The notes under the pieces: model-generated
The model's database searches: none
Told to the model about the DNA's origin: nothing
What the model saw: the letters and a program-made list of their open reading frames with translations, nothing else
IMG/VR virus record: IMGVR_UViG_3300009157_000023
Span: 1-55,538 of that record
Direction: 5' to 3' (one strand)
DNA: 55,538 nt
Source: a virus
Lineage: Duplodnaviria > Caudoviricetes
Shown: one piece after another, positions 8,624 to 19,029 of the stretch
Layout of the letters: each line of letters begins with the position of its first letter
How positions within the stretch are numbered: position 1 is the first letter of the stretch
Program-made: the position numbers and the translations under genes

Positions 8624-8779
8624 ATGAAAAAACCAGTAATGCTCGAAGAGGATGTCCATTTGCAGCTTAAGGTTCTAGCTGCCACTCAAGGGAAAAAAAT
8701 TGGCGATTATGCAAATGAACTTATAAAAAAGATTATTTGCGAAGAAAAAAGACAATTAAAACAAGCTGTCAACTCATGA
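8624..8779 (+). CDS. Small ribbon-helix-helix-like regulator in the Cro position (absent from ORF track)
   Basis: MKKPVMLEEDVHLQLKVLAATQGKKIGDYANELIKKII...; AAGGA RBS. Confidence 0.7.
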   Translation: MKKPVMLEEDVHLQLKVLAATQGKKIGDYANELIKKIICEEKRQLKQAVNS

Positions 8780-9152
8780 ATAATATAATCAACAGCCGGT
8801 ATGGAAAGCAAACCTTACCGGTTTTATTTTCTGCAACAGCTTCAGCATCTATGAAAGGCAACACCCATGCAAACCCGGGAAAAGGGGGGCGGCGAGGTAT
8901 GGGTTCAACAGCAACAATTTATCGCAGCGGTATTACAGCGCCTTGTGCAATCGGGCGCATTGGGAAAAGTGGAAGAGATGGCCATCAGGATCGGCATGAC
9001 TCGCAACGAGTTTTTCAGCAAGTTTTCCATCTCACCGCGTACGCCGGCCAGGCGGCCGGAATTACTCATGATCGAGCACGAAATCAGGACTATTTCCAAA
9101 CCCGTTTACAATGACTATTTAGGGACCTGGCATCTTAATAAGGACATAAGGG

Positions 9153-9431
9153 ATGTTGGTGGTAGAAAAGAACGGAAAGAGTTACGGCCCCCTGGTAAAT
9201 TCCTCAGAGTTAGCAGAACTCTTAGGGATATCGCGGGAAGAGATGCTGAAGGTCAAGTTGAACAATCCGGCTATTTTCGCCAACGCACAAAAGACCCCGC
9301 AACGGTTTAGCCTGGATATCCTCGACAAGACCTGGATGAATGCAATCACCGCGCCATTCTGGAAAAAGCCGGATGAAGAAAACTCAGAGGGTGTTCTGAG
9401 ATTCGAGAGGGGACTAAAGAAATGCGGGTGA
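9153..9431 (+). CDS. Excisionase-like HTH protein
   Basis: LVNSSELAELLGISRE. Confidence 0.55.
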   Translation: MLVVEKNGKSYGPLVNSSELAELLGISREEMLKVKLNNPAIFANAQKTPQRFSLDILDKTWMNAITAPFWKKPDEENSEGVLRFERGLKKCG

Positions 9432-10053
9432 GCTGTGATGAGACTGTATCAGAAATCATAGGTATGCGTCGGCATGGCCAAAGCATCGATAATATTGCCG
9501 GGCGTATAGGTCAGAGTCATTATAGCGTGTGGAAGATTTGCTCGGATGCCGGTCTGACAAATGACGGTGTCAAGCAGGAAAGGAGGTTGGTGGTAAAAGA
9601 AGAAAGGCCAAGGGAGATTATAAACCCCTGCAGCCTGGAAAGAAAAGACTGGCCGGTGTGCCGGGAGAAAAGATGTTATTTGTCAAGCTGCTGTCTGTCA
9701 TACAAGGGAGAATGAGAGAATGAAGCGTGTAAAAAGGCTGTTCTGGGTACTGGATTTTGAGCAATACCACAAGGACCTTGGTTCGCCGTGGCAAAGGCCG
9801 GTTGAATTCTATTGCTACCTCAGGACCATTGAAACGCAAGAGATCGGTCTTTTTTACCGCTTTTTTCTGCATCTTTTCTGCATTCTCCGCGGCGGTTCGT
9901 TAAAGTGGCACCTGGCCGGTATATCCCGGGTGCTGGATGATATTCCTGAAGCTGTCAAAGTAGTTGTTTTCTTTGCCGTGCTGCTCGCCATCTATTTTGT
10001 GGGCGCGGCATGGCATTACGTTTTACACAATTAATATATTTAGGAGAATTGAG

Positions 10054-11286
10054 ATGTTAAAAATCGAAAAGGCAACCAAGAAGAAAAGTAAGCTGAGGCT
10101 TGCTCTTTTTGGGCCGTCTGGATCCGGCAAAACCTTTACGGCGCTTCGCATAGCGACCGGTATGGGTGGACGCATTGTAGTAGGGGACACGGAAAGAGGT
10201 TCGGCAAGCCTCTATTCTGACAAGTTCGAGTTTGACGTTGCCGAACTCGAACAGAAATCCATTGCCGAGCTAATAGAGTTCATCGGAATGGCCAAAGATG
10301 CAAAGTACGATGTTCTTATTATCGACTCCGGTTCTCATTCCTGGCAAGAGCTTTTAGAAGAACTGGAAAAACTCGCCAAAGCCAAATACTCCGGAAATTT
10401 CTGGTCCGCCTGGAGTGACGGCACCCCGAAACAGCGCAAACTTATCGACGCTATCCTCAATTATCCCGGACACATCATTTTTACCATGCGCTCAAAGACG
10501 GAATGGGAAATCAGTAAAGATGAAAAAACAGGAAAATCAAAACCAATTCGTATTGGTTTGACTCCAGAACAGGGTAAGGGTATTGAGTACGAATTTACCA
10601 TGCTCATGGAAATGAACACAGAGCATTACGCCACTATCATCAAAGACCGCACTGGTAAATTTCAGGATGCCATGATCGAGAAGCCAGGAGAGGAATTCGG
10701 AAAACAGCTTATCGACTGGCTTGCTCAAGGCGCGGATGATTTGAAAATGGAACAGGCTACAAAAGACGAAATCGCCGAACTCAAAACACTTGCCACAAAA
10801 GTAAAGGCTGAGTTATTCGATTCCCGCAAAAAGGCAATTGCCAGCGTTATTACAAATGGATGCAGCAAAAAGGTGTATATGGATTGCCTTATTGAATTAC
10901 AGGACCTGGAAAAAACTGTTGACCATAAGGCAAAAATGGCAGCGCAACAGAAAGCCGAACAGGAAAAGGCCGAACAGGAAAAGGCCGAACAGGAAAAGAT
11001 GGAACGTGAAAAAGTAGGGAATAACGGAAACGGGAAAACACCGGAAGAAATCGTAAAAGAGCACGAAGCAAAAGCGCCGGCGGAAAAGGTGCAACTTGAC
11101 CTTTTATTGCTTTTAATAGAAAGACTGCCGGATGATCTGCAAACACCCTACAAGGCCAAGCGCCAACTCATAAAAACCATGGCAGAAGCTTCTGCGCTTA
11201 TCATGGAAATCGATGCTATTATCAAAAATCCGCAACCAGTAAGCGAAACGGGGGAACCACAGCTGGAGGACGCGCTCAATGGCTAA
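10054..11286 (+). CDS. AAA_24/Sak4-like recombination ATPase with charged C-terminal extension
   Basis: GPSGSGKT Walker A, DTERGSA, LIIDSGSH Walker B, TMRSK. Confidence 0.88.
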   Translation: MLKIEKATKKKSKLRLALFGPSGSGKTFTALRIATGMGGRIVVGDTERGSASLYSDKFEFDVAELEQKSIAELIEFIGMAKDAKYDVLIIDSGSHSWQELLEELEKLAKAKYSGNFWSAWSDGTPKQRKLIDAILNYPGHIIFTMRSKTEWEISKDEKTGKSKPIRIGLTPEQGKGIEYEFTMLMEMNTEHYATIIKDRTGKFQDAMIEKPGEEFGKQLIDWLAQGADDLKMEQATKDEIAELKTLATKVKAELFDSRKKAIASVITNGCSKKVYMDCLIELQDLEKTVDHKAKMAAQQKAEQEKAEQEKAEQEKMEREKVGNNGNGKTPEEIVKEHEAKAPAEKVQLDLLLLLIERLPDDLQTPYKAKRQLIKTMAEASALIMEIDAIIKNPQPVSETGEPQLEDALNG

Positions 11287-11938
11287 TCCTCTCGCTATCG
11301 CCCAATTCGATCAGTCCTATCTTGACCTGATCCAGGCAATCCAGGAAGCCGGTGGAGAATGCTCGGTCGAAACAGAGAATGAACTGAGCTTTCTTGTCGC
11401 AAATATGATCCGCAATGTAGACAGTTATATCGAAGCACAGCGGCATTTTAAGTCTCTCATTGAGTATTGCGATGAGATGAAAGACAAGTTCACCAAGAAA
11501 AAAGCGGCTGTGGAAAAGGAAATCGACCGTTTCAAAAGTGCTATGCTGCTGCACATGGACGCAGTGGCGCAGTGCGACGCCAAGGGTAAACTCCTGCAGG
11601 GTGAGCTCGGCAAAGTACGCCTCATGTCGCTGGATGTGATAAGCGAAGAAACGCACGCCGAGGATTTGCCGGCAAAGTATCAATCCCAAACAATCACCCT
11701 TAAAGGGTTGACTAGGGCGGAAGCGGATACATTGCTTGCTGAAATTATGAAAAAATATCCAGCTGCCATCGTGACCAGCATGGATAAAAAAGCGCTCCTG
11801 GCCGACATGAAAAACGAACTGGATGGCGAAGATATTGCCGGCGAGATCCGGCGCGAGATGCAAAAGGGGCAGGTATACCGCACGGATAACATCCCCGGCG
11901 CGGTGATGCGGGTGAGCAGGTTCCCGCGGATTTTTTAA
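11279..11938 (+). CDS. Siphovirus Gp157-like protein
   Basis: Coiled coil, DKKALLADMK...IPGA motif; adjacent to the recombinase. Confidence 0.6.
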   Translation: MANPLAIAQFDQSYLDLIQAIQEAGGECSVETENELSFLVANMIRNVDSYIEAQRHFKSLIEYCDEMKDKFTKKKAAVEKEIDRFKSAMLLHMDAVAQCDAKGKLLQGELGKVRLMSLDVISEETHAEDLPAKYQSQTITLKGLTRAEADTLLAEIMKKYPAAIVTSMDKKALLADMKNELDGEDIAGEIRREMQKGQVYRTDNIPGAVMRVSRFPRIF

Positions 11939-12161
11939 GGAGGGAATATGTCAATAAAGGTAAAGTGTCCTCATTGCGGCCATGAGTACGCAGTAGAGCT
12001 GAAAGAAAACGATTATGATATGGTAATGGCTTTGTCGTGCTTAAAAGGCTTTGATGGCTGCGGTAATGACTTTGCAATAAAACCGCATCTAACTACACAG
12101 ATTACATACTACAAACTACAACCAGTTTAAAACAGTTACATTGCAATAATAAGGACCAATC

Positions 12162-12821
12162 ATGGCAGACTTGACTTTATTTACCGGTGTCCCTGATAAG
12201 CTCATACAGTCTTTTTAGAACATCGAATCAAAGGTGATCGATATCACCGTCAACGATGAAACCGTCGGAGCGGTGACCGATTTCGGTGTAAAGATAGTGA
12301 CTCTGCGCAAAGACACCGAATCGGAAAAGAAAGCAGCTGTTGAAGTGCTCAAGGCGGAGATCGTAAAGCGGGAAGCGCCGTACAAGAGCTTTCTTGGTGC
12401 CATTGAAAAAGTGGAATCGCTGATCCGCAGCAAACTATCATCTTACCATACCGAGAAAAAGCGCATTGAATCCGATCGGCTGGAAAAAGAGCGGCTGGCA
12501 AAGATAGATGAACTGCGCAAGAAACAAGCTGAGATGGTGCAAGAGGACAATCTTGAAAAGGCGGTTACTATCGAAACTAAAGTACACCGCATTGCAACGC
12601 AGGAGATCAAACCGCAATCGGTTGTTGTCGGCGCAACAGGCGCAAGGTCTCAAACCCGGACGGACTGGAAAGTCGAGGTAATCAATCCGGACATTGTGCC
12701 GCGTCCTTATTGCGAGCCAAGTATGAAAAAGCTGAACACTGCAGTTGATTCTGGTGTGCGCGAAATACCTGGTTGCCACATTTATTCTGTAGAAGTGCCG
12801 ATTCTTTCCAAGGCGAGATAG
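12162..12821 (+). pseudogene. Phage coiled-coil protein with in-frame amber codon at 12216
   Basis: AAGGA RBS plus ATG 12162, in frame with 12234..12821 except for one TAG; C-terminal WKVEVINPDIVPRPY..IPG motif. Confidence 0.55.
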
Positions 12822-13103
12822 TCGCACCAACAACACCACCCGCCCGGCTCTCCCCTGTCTCCGAAACAGGCCGGGCGGGAAAGTTTAAAGGGAAATGGTA
12901 TGAAAGCGAAAGTAAAAAGTAAACAAGAATTGCGCAATTCCTATGTTCCCGGCGTATTGCCGCAGATGTTCGTATATTGCGGCAAGGAAATAGACGTTGT
13001 TGAGACGGGTGGCAGCCTATTCAAACAGGTTGACAAGAATAGGGAAATAGAATGGGTTTGGCATAAGGACTGGCTAATATTTTAGGGTCAAGTGTGAAAT
13101 TTA

Positions 13104-13173
13104 GCCGCCATCGTATAACTGGAAATACACGCCAGAAATGGCGGGATGCAGGGTTCGAATCCCTCTGGTGGCT
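13104..13173 (+). ncRNA. tRNA-like cloverleaf with a GAAA tetraloop replacing the anticodon loop
   Basis: Acceptor GCCGCCA/TGGTGGC; D-arm GTAT-AACTGGAA-ATAC; CGCCA-GAAA-TGGCG; T-arm AGGG-TTCGAAT-CCCT; no encoded CCA. Confidence 0.75.
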
Positions 13174-13315
13174 CTAAAATGTACCAAAACCAAGGAGGTG
13201 CGCTGGCATAAACAACCGTTGTCCCCATAACTATGCTACGGGCCGGATGAAATTCCACCCCTAATAATCCGGCCCAGTTTTTAAAGCTGTTGAAAATATC
13301 ACAAAGGGAGGTGTT

Positions 13316-13888
13316 TTGAAAATAGCTTTTATCGATACAGAGACAACCGGCATAAATCCCAAAGAAAACGGACTTGTGCAAATAGCCTGTATCGTAACCG
13401 AAAACGGCGAGGAGCTCGGGACATTCAACCACAGTGTCTGCACCTTCGAAAAAGATTTAATCACTCTGGAGGCGCTGCAGGTGACCGGTTTAACGGAACA
13501 AGAGATCAAATCCTTTCCGGATCCTATTTCTGCTCATAGATCATTTACCGATTTCCTCTGTCAGTTTGTCGATAAATTCGACAAAGCCGATAAAATGATT
13601 TTCTCGGGCTATAACGCGAAATTTGATCAGGATTTCCTGCGCGAGTGGTTTCACAAGTGCGGCGATAACTACTTTGGGTCTTTCTTCTGGTCCCCGCCGA
13701 TGGACGTAATGTCGTTGGCAATCTCAAAGTTGATGGACAAGCGTCCTGGTATGCTGAATTTCAAACTAGGGACCGTGGCGCAGGAGATGGGGATTGCGCT
13801 GGAAGCCGAATCACTACATGATGCCTTGTATGACATTCGCACTACCATCAAGATTTATGATTGCCTGAAAGGGAGCACAATTCAATGA
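13316..13888 (+). CDS. DEDDh 3'-5' exonuclease (DnaQ-like)
   Basis: FIDTETTG, GYNAKFD, LHDALYD. Confidence 0.92.
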   Translation: MKIAFIDTETTGINPKENGLVQIACIVTENGEELGTFNHSVCTFEKDLITLEALQVTGLTEQEIKSFPDPISAHRSFTDFLCQFVDKFDKADKMIFSGYNAKFDQDFLREWFHKCGDNYFGSFFWSPPMDVMSLAISKLMDKRPGMLNFKLGTVAQEMGIALEAESLHDALYDIRTTIKIYDCLKGSTIQ

Positions 13889-14653
13889 ACATAGATAAAG
13901 CCGAAAAAGCGGAGTTTGTCGATCCGCGTCACCAGCTGCTCTTGAACGATCTTAAAAATCTGGTCAAAAGAAAAGTGGAAGTCGAAGCGGAAAAGAAAGC
14001 AAGTGCACAGGCCTATAGCGACGAAATAAAAGACCTGGACATGCAGATACGATTTACGCTCGCGGCAATAAAGAACATCGAATCCGGCCAGATCGATCTT
14101 TTCTCACGGGAGAAGAGAGATGAAATAATAAACAATACCGCTAATATTTTCAACGAAGAAATGGAAGCTCGGGGAAGTGATACACGCGTAGAAGTGGGAA
14201 AGTAACAAATTAGGACCAGCCTTAGCATCTTCTGAAAAGCATCGAGTCCTGCAACGGACTCGTAAAACCCCTTGTGTGGCGGTTTGGGGATCGTGGCACA
14301 GCAGTAAGAATTAATAGAAGTAAAATTACAAAAATCTCATGCAGTACACCGTCAACTAAAAGGTGTAAATATGGGGATAATTACCATGATTATTCTTTCG
14401 CTGTTAGGCGCTATGGCCGGCGTGCTGCTGGCCTGGTTCTGTGGCGTATGCAGTATAGTGTGGCTTGTCATTGCCGGCCAGGGCGGGGCATTGGCTGCTA
14501 TTATTCTAGTCTATGTCCCGGCCAGGCTTTTAGCTGAGCACTATAAGTATTTTCCGCTGGAGAGGTAGAGATTTGCCGGGCGGCGTTCTGCCCAAAAGTG
14601 CGCCGCTCGTTAATTCGCATTTTGCTGTGGAATTTTATTGCAGTAAGGTTTTT

Positions 14654-15550
14654 ATGGCAGCCCTACCATACATCCAGCTTTACATTGCTGATTATTTAGC
14701 CGATACAATGCACCTGTCTGCTACTGAGCATGGAGCATATCTTTTATTGATTATGAATTATTGGCAAACCGGCAAACCTCTTTTGAATGATGACGATATT
14801 CTTTCTAAAATAACCAGGACAGATAAAGACGAGTGGGACGCAATAAAGGATATTATAAAAAAGTTTTTCAAAAAAAATGGCAAGCACCTTGTTCATCCCA
14901 GAATTGAAAATGACTTAAAAAAGGTATTAGATAAGTCTAATAAAGCAAGTATGGCTGGACAAATATCTGCTGAACATCGGTTCAACAAACGTTCAACGAA
15001 CGTTGAACGAACGTTAATATATACAGATACAGATACAGAAACAGAAACAAATACAGATACAAAAACAGATACAGGCGAAGAAGAAAAGCCACTTGTTTCT
15101 GATAAAATTCCACCTGCGAGCGCGATTAAAAAAGAAACTAGTCCAAGCTACAACAAAGATCTTGCTATTTGCCTCCTGAGTAAACTAGATAAATACCATT
15201 ATGGTTTAAGCAAAGACATTTCCCGAGAAAAACTATCTGAGGCCGATCAACTGCTTTTAGATGTGACAACGAAAAATATTCGCAATATGGTAGATAATAA
15301 AACATCCTTTTCTGATGCTGTTTTGCTTGCAATGGAAACCTTGAATGGTTCGTGCTGGCATGCCGAAAACGGTTATGTGAGCGTTTATTGGCTTTTGGAT
15401 GTGGAGAATGAAGGCAAAAAAGCAATAATCCGTCTTCGAAATTGGCTTGAAAAAGCAAGAAAGAAAAAACCACCAGGTGCAAAATCTGGAGGTTGGCAAG
15501 ACAATGTAAAAAAGTACATGGAAAAGTACGGGGTTAAAAATGACAGATAA
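14654..15550 (+). CDS. DUF1376/YdaU-family replication initiator
   Basis: ALPYIQLYIADYLADTMHLSATEHGAYLLLIMNYWQTGKPL. Confidence 0.88.
   Translation: MAALPYIQLYIADYLADTMHLSATEHGAYLLLIMNYWQTGKPLLNDDDILSKITRTDKDEWDAIKDIIKKFFKKNGKHLVHPRIENDLKKVLDKSNKASMAGQISAEHRFNKRSTNVERTLIYTDTDTETETNTDTKTDTGEEEKPLVSDKIPPASAIKKETSPSYNKDLAICLLSKLDKYHYGLSKDISREKLSEADQLLLDVTTKNIRNMVDNKTSFSDAVLLAMETLNGSCWHAENGYVSVYWLLDVENEGKKAIIRLRNWLEKARKKKPPGAKSGGWQDNVKKYMEKYGVKNDR
14980..15072 (+). repeat. Iteron-like repeats (putative replication origin) inside the initiator gene
   Basis: gttcaacaaac/gttcaacgaac/gttgaacgaac/gttaa, followed by (acagat/acagaa)n. Confidence 0.6.
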
Positions 15551-16106
15551 TGATATGGGCGCGTTTGTTACTTTGATGTTTCAGATTGCAGAATGCTGCG
15601 CCGGCGAAAAACCTACAGCGGAAAAAGTAGAAATGTACCGCATAGCCTTGATGGATATGGAATTAAAACAAATAGCGGAAAACTGGATGGTCTACTTTAA
15701 TTCAGCCGATCCAGTTTATTTTCCCTCTCCTGCCCGCTTGCGCAATCCAATCTTGGAAAAAGATGCGGCGTTGTTGCGAGAGCAGGAAGCGGCAACGGCA
15801 TTCGAGAAAATCAAATGCTATCTGGATATGTATGATCCGGAATTTCACAAGACTTGTCTTGAAGCGATCCGCTTGCGGATGGTTCGCCGCAAAGAAGAAT
15901 ACCTTTTCCCTATATTGATGCAGTGGGGAAATGAGATAATTGATTCACCGCCCGGCGTGGTAAGGGCCCAGTTTATCAAGGCGCTGGTTGCTGAAAACAC
16001 TATTGCAGCACACAAGAAAGAATTGCCGGCCGGCAAAAGTCAATCCCTTGATTCCCTGGTGACTGGAATAACAAAAGGATTATTGCAGGAGAAAACCGAT
16101 GCCTAA
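15540..16106 (+). CDS. Putative helicase loader/inhibitor
   Basis: Follows the initiator; YFPSPARLR motif typical of this slot. Confidence 0.55.
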   Translation: MTDNDMGAFVTLMFQIAECCAGEKPTAEKVEMYRIALMDMELKQIAENWMVYFNSADPVYFPSPARLRNPILEKDAALLREQEAATAFEKIKCYLDMYDPEFHKTCLEAIRLRMVRRKEEYLFPILMQWGNEIIDSPPGVVRAQFIKALVAENTIAAHKKELPAGKSQSLDSLVTGITKGLLQEKTDA

Positions 16107-16638
16107 CATCTGCTTCATCGATCCCGGCCTAGATACCGGCATTGCCTTGTTTTCCCCGTTCGGCGATTTCATCGACTGCTTTACCGTGCGGGATGTCGGC
16201 AGGCTGTCCGAGTATGAAAAACAACTCGAGTTATTCAAGGCGCGGCACGATGTCAATGTGGCCGGCATAGAGGATTATGTTAATTTCGGCAAACATCGCG
16301 TCAACGCCGGCAAGGTGCTGCAACAGATCAGGGTATGCCAGGATGTTTTCCGGGAAGCATTCTTTATGATTCAAACCGTACAATGGAATTCCCGCAGCTA
16401 CAAGGAATCCTTTAAAAAGGCGTGGGCTGTAGAGTTGTTTCGCCGGGAGTTTAAAAACGGCCACATGCGGGATGCGTCTTTAATGGGATCTCAGGTATTC
16501 CATTATATCAAGGTCAATATGAAAAAACCGCCTATCGTTTTCATAAAAGAGATAGCGGAAACGACGCACAAATTTCCAAACAGGAAAGCGTTGTCGAGGA
16601 TGATCTATGAGGAAATATTGAGTGGGGCGTGTAGGTAA
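16099..16638 (+). CDS. RuvC-like Holliday junction resolvase
   Basis: FIDPGLDTGIA, GIED, HMRDA. Confidence 0.75.
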   Translation: MPNICFIDPGLDTGIALFSPFGDFIDCFTVRDVGRLSEYEKQLELFKARHDVNVAGIEDYVNFGKHRVNAGKVLQQIRVCQDVFREAFFMIQTVQWNSRSYKESFKKAWAVELFRREFKNGHMRDASLMGSQVFHYIKVNMKKPPIVFIKEIAETTHKFPNRKALSRMIYEEILSGACR

Positions 16639-16639
16639 G

Positions 16640-16714
16640 ATGTTAAACCTTAACCACATATACAACCGTGACTGTATGGCTGGCATGGCTGAACAAGGGA
16701 GGGAATGCAGATGA
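16640..16714 (+). pseudogene. N-terminal remnant of a DNA methyltransferase
   Basis: MLNLNHIYNRDCMAGMA resembles the usual beta-class MTase start; truncated at 24 aa. Confidence 0.45.
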
Positions 16715-16802
16715 AAAATTTTCAAGTTGATTACTATGCGTTGAGTTGCACGCTGTTGTTTTTGTTTATTCTGATTCTTTCCTTCTTAAGAAGAAGGAAA
16801 TA

Positions 16803-17807
16803 ATGGTAACTATCCTGCAAGGCGACTCTCTCGAGGTCCTAAAAACATTGCCCGCTGAGTCTATTCAAATGTGCGTAACTAGTCCGCCTTATTATGGCTT
16901 GCGGGACTATGGAGTTGATGGGCAGATTGGACTCGAGGCGGATCCAGAAGAATACATTGCCAAACTCGTTGCTGTTTTTGCAGAGGTGAGGCGCACATTA
17001 AAACCGGATGGTGTTTTGTGGGTAAATATCGGGGATAGTTATGCTGGCAGCGGCAAAGGTGGCCAATCAGAACAAAAAAGAAGTGATAACTGGCAGCCTA
17101 AATATGGGAATAAAGGATTTCTGTATGGACTAAAGCCCAAGGACCTTATCGGTATTCCCTGGCTTTTAGCCTTTGCGCTTCGCGCAGATGGATGGTATTT
17201 GCGGAGCGATATAATTTGGAGCAAGCCAAATCCGATGCCGGAAAGTGTAACAGATAGGCCGACAAAAAGCCATGAATATATTTTTCTGTTATCCAAAAGC
17301 GCAAAATATTACTATGACGCGGAAGCGATAAAGGAAGCTGCTAAATATAGTATTGACGAAAGAATTGCAAGAGTAAATGAAAATCATAAGTCAATTCCTG
17401 ATAATAAAAAGAATGTTATTCGTCAAAGAAAACCGGCTGGATGGGATACGAGGCAAGGTGCGCATGGAGCATTTCATCGAGAAGGAAGAGCTCAGAATAT
17501 TGAGTACACCACAACCCATGTGCTCAACCGGAATAAGCGTTCTGTTTGGACTGTGGCAACTCAGCCTTTCAAACAAGCCCACTTTGCTACATTCCCGCCG
17601 GATTTGATTAAGCCTTGCATTCTTGCCGGTTCACGTGAAGGCGATACGGTGCTTGACCCATTCGCCGGGTCCGGTACAACTGGTATGGTTGCCGAGCAGT
17701 ACGGCCGTAATTCAGTTTTGATAGAACTCAACCCGGAATATATTGAGATGATAAAAATTCGAACTGCACAGATAGGACTATTTGGAAAACTAGAGAAAGT
17801 GGCGTAA
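16803..17807 (+). CDS. Beta-class DNA methyltransferase (N4-C likely)
   Basis: VTSPPY and VLDPFAGSGTTG motifs. Confidence 0.93.
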   Translation: MVTILQGDSLEVLKTLPAESIQMCVTSPPYYGLRDYGVDGQIGLEADPEEYIAKLVAVFAEVRRTLKPDGVLWVNIGDSYAGSGKGGQSEQKRSDNWQPKYGNKGFLYGLKPKDLIGIPWLLAFALRADGWYLRSDIIWSKPNPMPESVTDRPTKSHEYIFLLSKSAKYYYDAEAIKEAAKYSIDERIARVNENHKSIPDNKKNVIRQRKPAGWDTRQGAHGAFHREGRAQNIEYTTTHVLNRNKRSVWTVATQPFKQAHFATFPPDLIKPCILAGSREGDTVLDPFAGSGTTGMVAEQYGRNSVLIELNPEYIEMIKIRTAQIGLFGKLEKVA

Positions 17808-17808
17808 T

Positions 17809-18378
17809 ATGAAAACCTTTAAAGTCTCCCCCATCGGCAAGCAATCTTGCCTCGTTATTTTCCTTTTTTTCTTCGTGATCTGGCTTTGTATGCTGTTCTT
17901 TTCCATGCCGGAAGTCTATGGCGCGGAGAGATTCACTTACTTTTCAGTAACCGGTAATAGCGTCAAGTTGACGTGGCAAAAAAACACTGAGCCTGATATG
18001 AAAGTCTATTTTATCCGGCAAATCGGCAAATCCGGGTGGGCTGTTGAACATCCGGATACAACATTGACCGCCAAATTGAGTGTGCCGAAATATTATACCA
18101 AGTTAGCTTTCTATCTGACCGCTGTTGATAGTACATTCATGGAATCCGCTCCCTCTGACACTGTTAGCGCAATATTTTGCCAGGAAGCCGGCCTGTTCTG
18201 CGATATTGACCGGGATAGCCTGGTTAACGTGGTGGATAAAGCGCTGTTCGCTAATGCCATGGGAGCATTGATAAGCGACTGGCAATTCAGCGAGAAAAAG
18301 GATTTCAATGGGGATGGAACAATAGATATTTTTGACAGACCGCTTTTGAATAAAAATATGGGGGCGATACTCCAATGA
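17809..18378 (+). CDS. Exported FN3-like plus dockerin-domain protein
   Basis: Hydrophobic N-terminus; VKLTWQKNTEPD...FYLTAVD...ESAPSDTVS (FN3); duplicated Ca-binding loops CDIDRDSLVNVVD and KDFNGDGTIDIFD. Confidence 0.8.
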   Translation: MKTFKVSPIGKQSCLVIFLFFFVIWLCMLFFSMPEVYGAERFTYFSVTGNSVKLTWQKNTEPDMKVYFIRQIGKSGWAVEHPDTTLTAKLSVPKYYTKLAFYLTAVDSTFMESAPSDTVSAIFCQEAGLFCDIDRDSLVNVVDKALFANAMGALISDWQFSEKKDFNGDGTIDIFDRPLLNKNMGAILQ

Positions 18379-18498
18379 AATTCTCGGGCTGCGGTTGTGG
18401 AATAGTGGAACATTTTGCGATACTGCTTTGGGCGCGGAGAATAAGAAAGCGCTTTAATCGGCAAGCCGTCCGGATGTTGAAGGCAGCGAATAAGGAGC

Positions 18499-19026
18499 TT
18501 GCGAGATATGCCTTATAATAATGAAGCAGATGAAATCTCTTATCATCTGATTAACAAACTTGTTGGGCAAGGCAATGCAATTGTAATGCCGCGTTTTTAT
18601 ATCAATAATTATGAATGCGATGTATTTGCAATGACACAAAAAGGATATACAATAGATTATGAAATCAAGGTAGATTATAAAGATTTCAAGAATGATTTTA
18701 ATAAAGAGTTTTTGAGGAAATATAGGTTGAGCAAATATCCTAAAAAACATGATTTACTTAAAGATGGCAAGGCAACGAACAAATTTTACTTTGTTTCTCC
18801 GCTGGATATACTCGAAGAGATTCCGCCTTATGCCGGATTTATCAAGGTTGCGAAAAATGGGATTGTTGGATATTCTTTCAAAACTCTAAAACGCGCTCCG
18901 CTGCTTAAAAAAGAGCCAGAGAATATTGATAAAAAGGCATTCATTTTTACAATTGCAAGCAGATGTAATTGGCGTTATTTGCAGCAAAGTTGGAAAATTC
19001 ACAGTGAGCAAGAAAATAAGAGATAA
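18499..19026 (+). CDS. MmcB-like PD-(D/E)XK nuclease
   Basis: ECDV..YEIKVDYKDFKND..NKFYFV..IPPYAG. Confidence 0.7.
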   Translation: MRDMPYNNEADEISYHLINKLVGQGNAIVMPRFYINNYECDVFAMTQKGYTIDYEIKVDYKDFKNDFNKEFLRKYRLSKYPKKHDLLKDGKATNKFYFVSPLDILEEIPPYAGFIKVAKNGIVGYSFKTLKRAPLLKKEPENIDKKAFIFTIASRCNWRYLQQSWKIHSEQENKR

Positions 19027-19029
19027 TCA

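Noticed and set aside
10951-10998. 15-bp tandem repeat (KAEQE x3)
   Set aside because: In-frame low-complexity linker expansion with no sign of regulatory function.
12216-12218. Genome-wide TAG reassignment (alternative genetic code)
   Set aside because: Many genes end cleanly at TAG with the next gene following (e.g. 12821, 19795, 24927, 40117, 45056), and long genes are intact in code 11.
13174-13240. HDV-like (theta) ribozyme after the tRNA-like element
   Set aside because: Could not build the nested double pseudoknot from the downstream sequence.
18375-18516. Possible ncRNA between the dockerin gene and the nuclease gene
   Set aside because: Explained by a 47-aa ORF (MKFSGCGCG...) overlapping both neighbours.
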